From the human T2T-CHM13v2.0 reference genome, Homo sapiens, in assembly GCF_009914755.1 (NCBI RefSeq), contig NC_060937.1: a stretch of DNA of 64,000 nt. One strand, written 5' to 3'. Positions 12,001 through 26,600 of the stretch are shown piece by piece. Positions within the stretch are counted from its first letter, which is position 1. Each line of letters starts with the position of its first letter. The notes under the pieces were generated by a model. It had not been told where the DNA came from. It saw only the letters and a list, made by a program, of their open reading frames with translations, and made no database searches. The translations under genes and the position numbers were made by a program.

Positions 12001-15000
12001 ATGCTGCTGTCTAGTTTTTATACGAATTCCCGCTTCCAACGAAATCCTCAAAGCAATCCAAATATCCACTTGCAGAATCCACAAAAAGAGTGTTTCAAAA
12101 CTGCTCTATCAATAGAAAGGTTCAACTCTTTTAGTTGAGTACACACATCACAAACAAGTTTCTGAGAATGCTTCTGTCTGGCTTTTATTGGAAGACGTTT
12201 CCTTTTCACCAAAGGCATCAAAGCGCTCCAAATGTCCACTTCCAGATTCTTCCAAAAGAGTGTTTGAAACGTGCTCAAAGTAAGGGAATGTTCAACTCTG
12301 TGACTTGAATGCAGATATCACCAAGTAGTTTCTAATAGTGCTTCTGTCTAGATTTTAGATGATGATATTCCCGTTTCCAACGAAATCGTTAGAGCTATCC
12401 AAATATCCACTTAGTTTCTACAAAAAGAGTGTTTCCAAACTGCTGCATCAAAAGAAAGGTTCAACTCTGTTAGTTGAGGACACACATCACAAAGAAGTTT
12501 GTGAGAATGCTTCTGTCTAGATTTTGTATGACCATATTCCCTTTTCCAGCGATATCATTAAAGCAATCTAAATATCCATTTGCAGAATCCACAAAAATAG
12601 AGTTTCAAAGCTGCTCTGTAAAAAGAAAGGTTCCACTCTGTTAGCTGAGTACACACATCACAAACTTGTTTCTCAGAATCCTTCTGTCTCGTTTTTATGG
12701 GAAGATATTTACTTTTTCACCGTAGGCATCAAAGCGCTCCAAATGTCCACATCCAGATACTCCAGAAAGAGTGTTTCAAACCTGCTCTATGAAAGGGAAT
12801 CTTCAACTCTATGAGTTGAATGCAGACATCAGAAAGAAATTTCTGAGAATGCTGCTGTCTACCTTTTATTTGAATTCCCGCTTCCAACGAAATCCTCCAA
12901 GCTATCCAAATATCCACCTGCATTTTCCACAAAAAGAGCGTTTCAAAACTGCTCTATCAATAGAAATGTTCAACTCCTTTGGCTGGGTACACACATCACA
13001 AACAAGTTTCTGAGAATGCTTCTGTCTAGTTTTTATGGGAAGACATTCCCTTTTTCACCAAAGGCATCAAAGCGCTCCAAATGTCCACTTCCAGACACTA
13101 CAAAAAGAGTGTTTCCAACGTGCTCTAAGAAAGCGAATGTTCAACTCTGTGACTTGAATGCAGATATCACAAAGTAGTTTCTGAGAGGGCTTCTGTCTAG
13201 ATTTTAGATGATGATATTCCCGTTTCCAACGAAATCATTAGAGCTATCCAAATATCCACTTACAGTTTCTACAAAAAGAGTGTTTCCAAACTGCTGCATC
13301 AAAAGAGAGGTTCCACTCTGTTAGCTGAGTACACACATCACAAACTTGTTTCTCAGAATCCTTCTGTCTCGTTTTTCTGGGAAGATATTTACTTTTTCAC
13401 CGTAGGCATCAAAGCGCTCCAAATGTCCACATCCAGATACTCCAGAAAGAGTGTTTCAAACCTGCTCTATGAAAGGGAATCTTCAACTCTATGAGTTGAA
13501 TGCAGACATCAGAAAGAAATTTCTGAGAATGCTGCTGTCTACCTTTTATTTGAATTCCCGCTTCCAACGAAATCCTCCAAGCTATCCAAATATCCACTTG
13601 CAGATTCCACAAAAAGAGTGTTTCAAAACTGCTCTCTATCAATGGCAAAGTTCAACTCTGTTAGTTGAGGACACATATCACCAACAAGTTTCTGAGAATG
13701 CTTCTGTCTATTTTTTATGGGAAGATATTTCCTTTTTCACCGTAGGCGTCAAGGCGATCGAAATGTCCACTTCCACAAACTACAAAAAGAGTGTTTCAAA
13801 CCTGCTCTATGAAAGGCCATGTTCATCTCTATGAGTCGAATGGAAATATCCGAAAGAAATTTCTGGGAATGCTGCTGTCTAGTTTTTATACGAATTCCCG
13901 CTTCCAACGAAATCCTCAAAGCAATCCAAATATCCACTTGCAGAATCCACAAAAAGAGTGTTTCAAAACTGCTCTATCAATAGAAAGGTTCAACTCTTTT
14001 AGTTGAGTACACACATCACAAACAAGTTTCTGAGAATGCTTCTGTCTGGCTTTTATTGGAAGACGTTTCCTTTTCACCAAAGGCATCAAAGCGCTCCAAA
14101 TGTCCACTTCCAGATTCTTCCAAAAGAGTGTTTGAAACGTGCTCAAAGTAAGGGAATGTTCAACTCTGTGACTTGAATGCAGATATCACCAAGTAGTTTC
14201 TAATAGTGCTTCTGTCTAGATTTTAGATGATGATATTCCCGTTTCCAACGAAATCGTTAGAGCTATCCAAATATCCACTTACAGTTGCTACAAAAAGAGT
14301 GTTTCCAAACTGCTGCATCAAAAGAAAGGTTCAACTCTGTTAGTTGAGGACACACATCACAAAGAAGTTTGTGAGAATGCTTCTGTCTAGATTTTGTATG
14401 ACGATATTCCCTTTTCCAACGATATCGTTAAAGCAATCTAAATATCCATTTGCAGAATCCACAAAAATAGAGTTTCAAAGCTGCTCTGTAAAAAGAAAGG
14501 TTCCACTCTGTTAGCTGAGTACACACATCACAAACTTGTTTCTCAGAATCCTTCTGTCTCGTTTTTATGGGAAGATATTTACTTTTTCACCGTAGGCATC
14601 AAAGCGCTCCAAATGTCCACATCCAGATACTCCAGAAAGAGTGTTTCAAACCTGCTCTATGAAAGGGAATCTTCAACTCTATGAGTTGAATGCAGACATC
14701 AGAAAGAAATTTCTGAGAATGCTGCTGTCTACCTTTTATTTGAATTCCCGCTTCCAACGAAATCCTCCAAGCTATCCAAATATCCACTTGCAGATTCCAC
14801 AAAAAGAGTGTTTCAAAACTGCTCTCTATCAATGGCAAAGTTCAACTCTGTTAGTTGAGGACACATATCACCAACAAGTTTCTGAGAATGCTTCTGTCTA
14901 TTTTTTATGGGAAGATATTTCCTTTTTCACCGTAGGCGTCAAGGCGATCGAAATGTCCACTTCCACAAACTACAAAAAGAGTGTTTCAAACCTGCTCTAT

Positions 15001-15806
15001 GAAAGGCCATGTTCATCTCTATGAGTCGAATGGAAATATCCGAAAGAAATTTCTGGGAATGCTGCTGTCTAGTTTTTATACGAATTCCCGCTTCCAACGA
15101 AATCCTCAAAGCAATCCAAATATCCACTTGCAGAATCCACAAAAAGAGTGTTTCAAAACTGCTCTATCAATAGAAAGGTTCAACTCTTTTAGTTGAGTAC
15201 ACACATCACAAACAAGTTTCTGAGAATGCTTCTGTCTGGCTTTTATTGGAAGACGTTTCCTTTTCACCAAAGGCATCAAAGCGCTCCAAATGTCCACTTC
15301 CAGATTCTTCCAAAAGAGTGTTTGAAACGTGCTCAAAGTAAGGGAATGTTCAACTCTGTGACTTGAATGCAGATATCACCAAGTAGTTTCTAATAGTGCT
15401 TCTGTCTAGATTTTAGATGATGATATTCCCGTTTCCAACGAAATCGTTAGAGCTATCCAAATATCCACTTACAGTTTCTACAAAAAGAGTGTTTCCAAAC
15501 TGCTGCATCAAAAGAAAGGTTCAACTCTGTTAGTTGAGGACACACATCACAAAGAAGTTTGTGAGAATGCTTCTGTCTAGATTTTGTATGACCATATTCC
15601 CTTTTCCAGCGATATCATTAAAGCAATCTAAATATCCATTTGCAGAATCCACAAAAATAGAGTTTCAAAGCTGCTCTGTAAAAAGAAAGGTTCCACTCTG
15701 TTAGCTGAGTACACACATCACAAACTTGTTTCTCAGAATCCTTCTGTCTCGTTTTTATGGGAAGATATTTACTTTTTCACCGTAGGCATCAAAGCGCTCC
15801 AAATGT

Positions 15807-16484
15807 CCACATCCAGATACTCCAGAAAGAGTGTTTCAAACCTGCTCTATGAAAGGGAATCTTCAACTCTATGAGTTGAATGCAGACATCAGAAAGAAAT
15901 TTCTGAGAATGCTGCTGTCTACCTTTTATTTGAACTCCCGCTTCCAACGAAATCCTCCAAGCTATCCAAATATCCACTTGCATTTTCCACAAAAAGAGTG
16001 CTTCAAAACTGCTCTATCAATAAATGTTCAACTCCTTTAGCTGGGTGCACACATCACAAACAAGTTTCTGAGAATGCTTCTGTCTAGTTTTTATGGGAAG
16101 ACATTCCCTTTTTCACCAAAGGCATCAAAGCGCTCCAAATGTCCACTTCCAGACACTACAAAAAGAGTGTTTCCAACGTGCTCTAAGAAAGCGAATGTTC
16201 AACTCTGTGACTTGAATGCAGATATCACAAAGTAGTTTCTGAGAGGGCTTCTGTCTAGATTTTAGATGATGATATTCCCGTTTCCAACGAAATCATTAGA
16301 GCTATCCAAATATCCACTTACGGTTTCTACAAAAAGAGTGTTTCCAAACTGCTGCATCAAAAGAGAGGTTCCACTCTGTTAGCTGAGTACACACATCACA
16401 AACTTGTTTCTGAGAATCCTTCTGTGTCGTTTTTATGGGAAGATATTTACTTTTTCACCGTAGGCATCAAAGCGCTCCAAATGT
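15807..16484 (-). repeat. Variant 4-mer (4*, 678 bp); also at 23793-24470, 32969-33646, 37217-37894
   Basis: gaaCtcccg (EcoRI site lost, 15935), cacTtgcatttt, gagTgCttc, 2-bp deletion (aataaatg vs aatagaaatg), ctttAgctgggtGcac, cttacGgtttc, tttctGagaatcc, tctgtGtcg. Confidence 0.9.
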
Positions 16485-17674
16485 CCACATCCAGATACTC
16501 CAGAAAGAGTGTTTCAAACCTGCTCTATGAAAGGGAATCTTCAACTCTATGAGTTGAATGCAGACATCAGAAAGAAATTTCTGAGAATGCTGCTGTCTAC
16601 CTTTTATTTGAATTCCCGCTTCCAACGAAATCCTCCAAGCTATCCAAATATCCACTTGCAGATTCCACAAAAAGAGTGTTTCAAAACTGCTCTCTATCAA
16701 TGGCAAAGTTCAACTCTGTTAGTTGAGGACACATATCACCAACAAGTTTCTGAGAATGCTTCTGTCTGTTTTTTATGGGAAGATATTTCCTTTTTCACCG
16801 TAGGCGTCAAGGCGATCGAAATGTCCACTTCCACAAACTACAAAAAGAGTGTTTCAAACCTGCTCTATGAAAGGCCATGTTCATCTCTATGAGTCGAATG
16901 GAAATATCCGAAAGAAATTTCTGGGAATGCTGCTGTCTAGTTTTTATACGAATTCCCGCTTCCAACGAAATCCTCAAAGCAATCCAAATATCCACTTGCA
17001 GAATCCACAAAAAGAGTGTTTCAAAACTGCTCTATCAATAGAAAGGTTCAACTCTTTTAGTTGAGTACACACATCACAAACAAGTTTCTGAGAATGCTTC
17101 TGTCTGGCTTTTATTGGAAGACGTTTCCTTTTCACCAAAGGCATCAAAGCGCTCCAAATGTCCACTTCCAGATTCTTCCAAAAGAGTGTTTGAAACGTGC
17201 TCAAAGTAAGGGAATGTTCAACTCTGTGACTTGAATGCAGATATCACCAAGTAGTTTCTAATAGTGCTTCTGTCTAGATTTTAGATGATGATATTCCCGT
17301 TTCCAACGAAATCGTTAGAGCTATCCAAATATCCACTTACAGTTGCTACAAAAACAGTGTTTCCAAACTGCTGCATCAAAAGAAAGGTTCAACTCTGTTA
17401 GTTGAGGACACACATCACAAAGAAGTTTGTGAGAATGCTTCTGTCTAGATTTTGTATGACGATATTCCCTTTTCCAACGATATCGTTAAAGCAATCTAAA
17501 TATCCATTTGCAGAATCCACAAAAATAGAGTTTCAAAGCTGCTCTGTAAAAAGAAAGGTTCCACTCTGTTAGCTGAGTACACACATCACAAACTTGTTTC
17601 TCAGAATCCTTCTGTCTCGTTTTTATGGGAAGATATTTACTTTTTCACCGTAGGCATCAAAGCGCTCCAAATGT

Positions 17675-20600
17675 CCACATCCAGATACTCCAGAAAGAGT
17701 GTTTCAAACCTGCTCTATGAAAGGGAATCTTCAACTCTATGAGTTGAATGCAGACATCAGAAAGAAATTTCTGAGAATGCTGCTGTCTACCTTTTATTTG
17801 AATTCCCGCTTCCAACGAAATCCTCCAAGCTATCCAAATATCCACTTGCAGATTCCACAAAAAGAGTGTTTCAAAACTGCTCTCTATCAATGGCAAAGTT
17901 CAACTCTGTTAGTTGAGGACACATATCACCAACAACTTTCTGAGAATGCTTCTGTCTATTTTTTATGGGAAGATATTTCCTTTTTCACCGTAGGCGTCAA
18001 GGCGATCGAAATGTCCACTTCCACAAACTACAAAAAGAGTGTTTCAAACCTGCTCTATGAAAGGCCATGTTCATCTCTATGAGTCGAATGGAAATATCCG
18101 AAAGAAATTTCTGGGAATGCTGCTGTCTAGTTTTTATACGAATTCCCGCTTCCAACGAAATCCTCAAAGCAATCCAAATATCCACTTGCAGAATCCACAA
18201 AAAGAGTGTTTCAAAACTGCTCTATCAATAGAAAGGTTCAACTCTTTTAGTTGAGTACACACATCACAAACAAGTTTCTGAGAATGCTTCTGTCTGGCTT
18301 TTATTGGAAGACGTTTCCTTTTCACCAAAGGCATCAAAGCGCTCCAAATGTCCACTTCCAGATTCTTCCAAAAGAGTGTTTGAAACGTGCTCAAAGTAAG
18401 GGAATGTTCAACTCTGTGACTTGAATGCAGATATCACCAAGTAGTTTCTAATAGTGCTTCTGTCTAGATTTTAGATGATGATATTCCCGTTTCCAACGAA
18501 ATCGTTAGAGCTATCCAAATATCCACTTAGTTTCTACAAAAAGAGTGTTTCCAAACTGCTGCATCAAAAGAAAGGTTCAACTCTGTTAGTTGAGGACACA
18601 CATCACAAAGAAGTTTGTGAGAATGCTTCTGTCTAGATTTTGTATGACCATATTCCCTTTTCCAGCGATATCATTAAAGCAATCTAAATATCCATTTGCA
18701 GAATCCACAAAAATAGAGTTTCAAAGCTGCTCTGTAAAAAGAAAGGTTCCACTCTGTTAGCTGAGTACACACATCACAAACTTGTTTCTCAGAATCCTTC
18801 TGTCTCGTTTTTCTGGGAAGATATTTACTTTTTCACCGTAGGCATCAAAGCGCTCCAAATGTCCACATCCAGATACTCCAGAAAGAGTGTTTCAAACCTG
18901 CTCTATGAAAGGGAATCTTCAACTCTATGAGTTGAATGCAGACATCAGAAAGAAATTTCTGAGAATGCTGCTGTCTACCTTTTATTTGAATTCCCGCTTC
19001 CAACGAAATCCTCCAAGCTATCCAAATATCCACCTGCATTTTCCACAAAAAGAGCGTTTCAAAACTGCTCTATCAATAGAAATGTTCAACTCCTTTGGCT
19101 GGGTACACACATCACAAACAAGTTTCTGAGAATGCTTCTGTCTAGTTTTTATGGGAAGACATTCCCTTTTTCACCAAAGGCATCAAAGCGCTCCAAATGT
19201 CCACTTCCAGACACTACAAAAAGAGTGTTTCCAACGTGCTCTAAGAAAGCGAATGTTCAACTCTGTGACTTGAATGCAGATATCACAAAGTAGTTTCTGA
19301 GAGGGCTTCTCTCTAGATTTTAGATGATGATATTCCCGTTTCCAACGAAATCATTAGAGCTATCCAAATATCCACTTACAGTTTCTACAAAAAGAGTGTT
19401 TCCAAACTGCTGCATCAAAAGAGAGGTTCCACTCTGTTAGCTGAGTACAAACATCACAAACTTGTTTCTGAGAATCCTTCTGTCTCGTTTTTATGGGAAG
19501 ATATTTACTTTTTCACCGTAGGCATCAAAGCGCTCCAAATGTCCACATCCAGATACTCCAGAAAGAGTGTTTCAAACCTGCTCTATGAAAGGGAATCTTC
19601 AACTCTATGAGTTGAATGCAGACATCAGAAAGAAATTTCTGAGAATGCTGCTGTCTACCTTTTATTTGAACTCCCGCTTCCAACGAAATCCTCCAAGCTA
19701 TCCAAATATCCACTTGCATTTTCCACAAAAAGAGTGCTTCAAAACTGCTCTATCAATAGAAATGTTCAACTCCTTTAGCTGGGTGCACACATCACAAACA
19801 AGTTTCTGAGAATGCTTCTGTCTAGTTTTTATGGGAAGACATTCCCTTTTTCACCAAAGGCATCAAAGCGCTCCAAATGTCCACTTCCAGACACTACAAA
19901 AAGAGTGTTTCCAACGTGCTCTAAGAAAGCGAATGTTCAACTCTGTGACTTGAATGCAGATATCACAAAGTAGTTTCTGAGAGGGCTTCTGTCTAGATTT
20001 TAGATGATGATATTCCCGTTTCCAACGAAATCATTAGAGCTATCCAAATATCCACTTACAGTTTCTACAAAAAGAGTGTTTCCAAACTGCTGCATCAAAA
20101 GAGAGGTTCCACTCTGTTAGCTGAGTACACACATCACAAACTTGTTTCTGAGAATCCTTCTGTGTCGTTTTTATGGGAAGATATTTACTTTTTCACCGTA
20201 GGCATCAAAGCGCTCCAAATGTCCACATCCAGATACTCCAGAAAGAGTGTTTCAAACCTGCTCTATGAAAGGGAATATTCAACTCTATGAGTTGAATGCA
20301 GACATCAGAAAGAAATTTCTGAGAATGCTGCTGTCTACCTTTTATTTGAATTCCCGCTTCCAACGAAATCCTCCAAGCTATCCAAATATCCACTTGCAGA
20401 TTCCACAAAAAGAGTGTTTCAAAACTGCTCTCTATCAATGGCAAAGTTCAACTCTGTTAGTTGAGGACACATATCACCAACAAGTTTCTGAGAATGCTTC
20501 TGTCTATTTTTTATGGGAAGATATTTCCTTTTTCACCGTAGGCGTCAAGGCGATCGAAATGTCCACTTCCACAAACTACAAAAAGAGTGTTTCAAACCTG

Positions 20601-23600
20601 CTCTATGAAAGGCCATGTTCATCTCTATGAGTCGAATGGAAATATCCGAAAGAAATTTCTGGGAATGCTGCTGTCTAGTTTTTATACGAATTCCCGCTTC
20701 CAACGAAATCCTCAAAGCAATCCAAATATCCACTTGCAGAATCCACAAAAAGAGTGTTTCAAAACTGCTCTATCAATAGAAAGGTTCAACTCTTTTAGTT
20801 GAGTACACACATCACAAACAAGTTTCTGAGAATGCTTCTGTCTGGCTTTTATTGGAAGACGTTTCCTTTTCACCAAAGGCATCAAAGCGCTCCAAATGTC
20901 CACTTCCAGATTCTTCCAAAAGAGTGTTTGAAACGTGCTCAAAGTAAGGGAATGTTCAACTCTGTGACTTGAATGCAGATATCACCAAGTAGTTTCTAAT
21001 AGTGCTTCTGTCTAGATTTTAGATGATGATATTCCCGTTTCCAACGAAATCGTTAGAGCTATCCAAATATCCACTTACAGTTGCTACAAAAACAGTGTTT
21101 CCAAACTGCTGCATCAAAAGAAAGGTTCAACTCTGTTAGTTGAGGACACACATCACAAAGAAGTTTGTGAGAATGCTTCTGTCTAGATTTTGTATGACGA
21201 TATTCCCTTTTCCAACGATATCGTTAAAGCAATCTAAATATCCATTTGCAGAATCCACAAAAATAGAGTTTCAAAGCTGCTCTGTAAAAAGAAAGGTTCC
21301 ACTCTGTTAGCTGAGTACACACATCACAAACTTGTTTCTCAGAATCCTTCTGTCTCGTTTTTATGGGAAGATATTTACTTTTTCACCGTAGGCATCAAAG
21401 CGCTCCAAATGTCCACATCCAGATACTCCAGAAAGAGTGTTTCAAACCTGCTCTATGAAAGGGAATCTTCAACTCTATGAGTTGAATGCAGACATCAGAA
21501 AGAAATTTCTGAGAATGCTGCTGTCTACCTTTTATTTGAATTCCCGCTTCCAACGAAATCCTCCAAGCTATCCAAATATCCACTTGCAGATTCCACAAAA
21601 AGAGTGTTTCAAAACTGCTCTCTATCAATGGCAAAGTTCAACTCTGTTAGTTGAGGACACATATCACCAACAAGTTTCTGAGAATGCTTCTGTCTATTTT
21701 TTATGGGAAGATATTTCCTTTTTCACCGTAGGCGTCAAGGCGATCGAAATGTCCACTTCCACAAACTACAAAAAGAGTGTTTCAAACCTGCTCTATGAAA
21801 GGCCATGTTCATCTCTATGAGTCGAATGGAAATATCCGAAAGAAATTTCTGGGAATGCTGCTGTCTAGTTTTTATACGAATTCCCGCTTCCAACGAAATC
21901 CTCAAAGCAATCCAAATATCCACTTGCAGAATCCACAAAAAGAGTGTTTCAAAACTGCTCTATCAATAGAAAGGTTCAACTCTTTTAGTTGAGTACACAC
22001 ATCACAAACAAGTTTCTGAGAATGCTTCTGTCTGGCTTTTATTGGAAGACGTTTCCTTTTCACCAAAGGCATCAAAGCGCTCCAAATGTCCACTTCCAGA
22101 TTCTTCCAAAAGAGTGTTTGAAACGTGCTCAAAGTAAGGGAATGTTCAACTCTGTGACTTGAATGCAGATATCACCAAGTAGTTTCTAATAGTGCTTCTG
22201 TCTAGATTTTAGATGATGATATTCCCGTTTCCAACGAAATCGTTAGAGCTATCCAAATATCCCCTTACAGTTGCTACAAAAACAGTGTTTCCAAACTGCT
22301 GCATCAAAAGAAAGGTTCAACTCTGTTAGTTGAGGACACACATCACAAAGAAGTTTGTGAGAATGCTTCTGTCTAGATTTTGTATGACCATATTCCCTTT
22401 TCCAACGATATCGTTAAAGCAATCTAAATATCCATTTGCAGAATCCACAAAAATAGAGTTTCAAAGCTGCTCTGTAAAAAGAAAGGTTCCACTCTGTTAG
22501 CTGAGTACACACATCACAAACTTGTTTCTCAGAATCCTTCTGTCTCGTTTTTATGGGAAGATATTTACTTTTTCACCGTAGGCATCAAAGCGCTCCAAAT
22601 GTCCACATCCAGATACTCCAGAAAGAGTGTTTCAAACCTGCTCTATGAAAGGGAATCTTCAACTCTATGAGTTGAATGCAGACATCAGAAAGAAATTTCT
22701 GAGAATGCTGCTGTCTACCTTTTATTTGAATTCCCGCTTCCAACGAAATCCTCCAAGCTATCCAAATATCCACTTGCAGATTCCACAAAAAGAGTGTTTC
22801 AAAACTGCTCTCTATCAATGGCAAAGTTCAACTCTGTTAGTTGAGGACACATATCACCAACAAGTTTCTGAGAATGCTTCTGTCTATTTTTTATGGGAAG
22901 ATATTTCCTTTTTCACCGTAGGCGTCAAGGCGATCGAAATGTCCACTTCCACAAACTACAAAAAGAGTGTTTCAAACCTGCTCTATGAAAGGCCATGTTC
23001 ATCTCTATGAGTCGAATGGAAATATCCGAAAGAAATTTCTGGGAATGCTGCTGTCTAGTTTTTATACGAATTCCCGCTTCCAACGAAATCCTCAAAGCAA
23101 TCCAAATATCCACTTGCAGAATCCACAAAAAGAGTGTTTCAAAACTGCTCTATCAATAGAAAGGTTCAACTCTTTTAGTTGAGTACACACATCACAAACA
23201 AGTTTCTGAGAATGCTTCTGTCTGGCTTTTATTGGAAGACGTTTCCTTTTCACCAAAGGCATCAAAGCGCTCCAAATGTCCACTTCCAGATTCTTCCAAA
23301 AGAGTGTTTGAAACGTGCTCAAAGTAAGGGAATGTTCAACTCTGTGACTTGAATGCAGATATCACCAAGTAGTTTCTAATAGTGCTTCTGTCTAGATTTT
23401 AGATGATGATATTCCCGTTTCCAACGAAATCGTTAGAGCTATCCAAATATCCACTTACAGTTGCTACAAAAACAGTGTTTCCAAACTGCTGCATCAAAAG
23501 AAAGGTTCAACTCTGTTAGTTGAGGACACACATCACAAAGAAGTTTGTGAGAATGCTTCTGTCTAGATTTTGTATGACCATATTCCCTTTTCCAGCGATA

Positions 23601-26600
23601 TCATTAAAGCAATCTAAATATCCATTTGCAGAATCCACAAAAATAGAGTTTCAAAGCTGCTCTGTAAAAAGAAAGGTTCCACTCTGTTAGCTGAGTACAC
23701 ACATCACAAACTTGTTTCTCAGAATCCTTCTGTCTCGTTTTTATGGGAAGATATTTACTTTTTCACCGTAGGCATCAAAGCGCTCCAAATGTCCACATCC
23801 AGATACTCCAGAAAGAGTGTTTCAAACCTGCTCTATGAAAGGGAATCTTCAACTCTATGAGTTGAATGCAGACATCAGAAAGAAATTTCTGAGAATGCTG
23901 CTGTCTACCTTTTATTTGAACTCCCGCTTCCAACGAAATCCTCCAAGCTATCCAAATATCCACTTGCATTTTCCACAAAAAGAGTGCTTCAAAACTGCTC
24001 TATCAATAAATGTTCAACTCCTTTAGCTGGGTGCACACATCACAAACAAGTTTCTGAGAATGCTTCTGTCTAGTTTTTATGGGAAGACATTCCCTTTTTC
24101 ACCAAAGGCATCAAAGCGCTCCAAATGTCCACTTCCAGACACTACAAAAAGAGTGTTTCCAACGTGCTCTAAGAAAGCGAATGTTCAACTCTGTGACTTG
24201 AATGCAGATATCACAAAGTAGTTTCTGAGAGGGCTTCTGTCTAGATTTTAGATGATGATATTCCCGTTTCCAACGAAATCATTAGAGCTATCCAAATATC
24301 CACTTACGGTTTCTACAAAAAGAGTGTTTCCAAACTGCTGCATCAAAAGAGAGGTTCCACTCTGTTAGCTGAGTACACACATCACAAACTTGTTTCTGAG
24401 AATCCTTCTGTGTCGTTTTTATGGCAAGATATTTACTTTTTCACCGTAGGCATCAAAGCGCTCCAAATGTCCACATCCAGATACTCCAGAAAGAGTGTTT
24501 CAAACCTGCTCTATGAAAGGGAATCTTCAACTCTATGAGTTGAATGCAGACATCAGAAAGAAATTTCTGAGAATGCTGCTGTCTACCTTTTATTTGAATT
24601 CCCGCTTCCAACGAAATCCTCCAAGCTATCCAAATATCCACTTGCAGATTCCACAAAAAGAGTGTTTCAAAACTGCTCTCTATCAATGGCAAAGTTCAAC
24701 TCTGTTAGTTGAGGACACATATCACCAACAAGTTTCTGAGAATGCTTCTGTCTATTTTTTATGGGAAGATATTTCCTTTTTCACCGTAGGCGTCAAGGCG
24801 ATCGAAATGTCCACTTCCACAAACTACAAAAAGAGTGTTTCAAACCTGCTCTATGAAAGGCCATGTTCATCTCTATGAGTCGAATGGAAATATCCGAAAG
24901 AAATTTCTGGGAATGCTGCTGTCTAGTTTTTATACGAATTCCCGCTTCCAACGAAATCCTCAAAGCAATCCAAATATCCACTTGCAGAATCCACAAAAAG
25001 AGTGTTTCAAAACTGCTCTATCAATAGAAAGGTTCAACTCTTTTAGTTGAGTACACACATCACAAACAAGTTTCTGAGAATGCTTCTGTCTGGCTTTTAT
25101 TGGAAGACGTTTCCTTTTCACCAAAGGCATCAAAGCGCTCCAAATGTCCACTTCCAGATTCTTCCAAAAGAGTGTTTGAAACGTGCTCAAAGTAAGGGAA
25201 TGTTCAACTCTGTGACTTGAATGCAGATATCACCAAGTAGTTTCTAATAGTGCTTCTGTCTAGATTTTAGATGATGATATTCCCGTTTCCAACGAAATCG
25301 TTAGAGCTATCCAAATATCCACTTACAGTTGCTACAAAAACAGTGTTTCCAAACTGCTGCATCAAAAGAAAGGTTCAACTCTGTTAGTTGAGGACACACA
25401 TCACAAAGAAGTTTGTGAGAATGCTTCTGTCTAGATTTTGTATGACGATATTCCCTTTTCCAACGATATCGTTAAAGCAATCTAAATATCCATTTGCAGA
25501 ATCCACAAAAATAGAGTTTCAAAGCTGCTCTGTAAAAAGAAAGGTTCCACTCTGTTAGCTGAGTACACACATCACAAACTTGTTTCTCAGAATCCTTCTG
25601 TCTCGTTTTTATGGGAAGATATTTACTTTTTCACCGTAGGCATCAAAGCGCTCCAAATGTCCACATCCAGATACTCCAGAAAGAGTGTTTCAAACCTGCT
25701 CTATGAAAGGGAATCTTCAACTCTATGAGTTGAATGCAGACATCAGAAAGAAATTTCTGAGAATGCTGCTGTCTACCTTTTATTTGAATTCCCGCTTCCA
25801 ACGAAATCCTCCAAGCTATCCAAATATCCACTTGCAGATTCCACAAAAAGAGTGTTTCAAAACTGCTCTCTATCAATGGCAAAGTTCAACTCTGTTAGTT
25901 GAGGACACATATCACCAACAAGTTTCTGAGAATGCTTCTGTCTATTTTTTATGGGAAGATATTTCCTTTTTCACCGTAGGCGTCAAGGCGATCGAAATGT
26001 CCACTTCCACAAACTACAAAAAGAGTGTTTCAAACCTGCTCTATGAAAGGCCATGTTCATCTCTATGAGTCGAATGGAAATATCCGAAAGAAATTTCTGG
26101 GAATGCTGCTGTCTAGTTTTTATACGAATTCCCGCTTCCAACGAAATCCTCAAAGCAATCCAAATATCCACTTGCAGAATCCACAAAAAGAGTGTTTCAA
26201 AACTGCTCTATCAATAGAAAGGTTCAACTCTTTTAGTTGAGTACACACATCACAAACAAGTTTCTGAGAATGCTTCTGTCTGGCTTTTATTGGAAGACGT
26301 TTCCTTTTCACCAAAGGCATCAAAGCGCTCCAAATGTCCACTTCCAGATTCTTCCAAAAGAGTGTTTGAAACGTGCTCAAAGTAAGGGAATGTTCAACTC
26401 TGTGACTTGAATGCAGATATCACCAAGTAGTTTCTAATAGTGCTTCTGTCTAGATTTTAGATGATGATATTCCCGTTTCCAACGAAATCGTTAGAGCTAT
26501 CCAAATATCCCCTTACAGTTGCTACAAAAACAGTGTTTCCAAACTGCTGCATCAAAAGAAAGGTTCAACTCTGTTAGTTGAGGACACACATCACAAAGAA

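Noticed and set aside
15930-15952. gaaCtcccg change in 4*/4' as a CENP-B box mutation
   Set aside because: The T>C (15935) lies one base outside the 17-bp box. It removes the EcoRI site but leaves the box intact.
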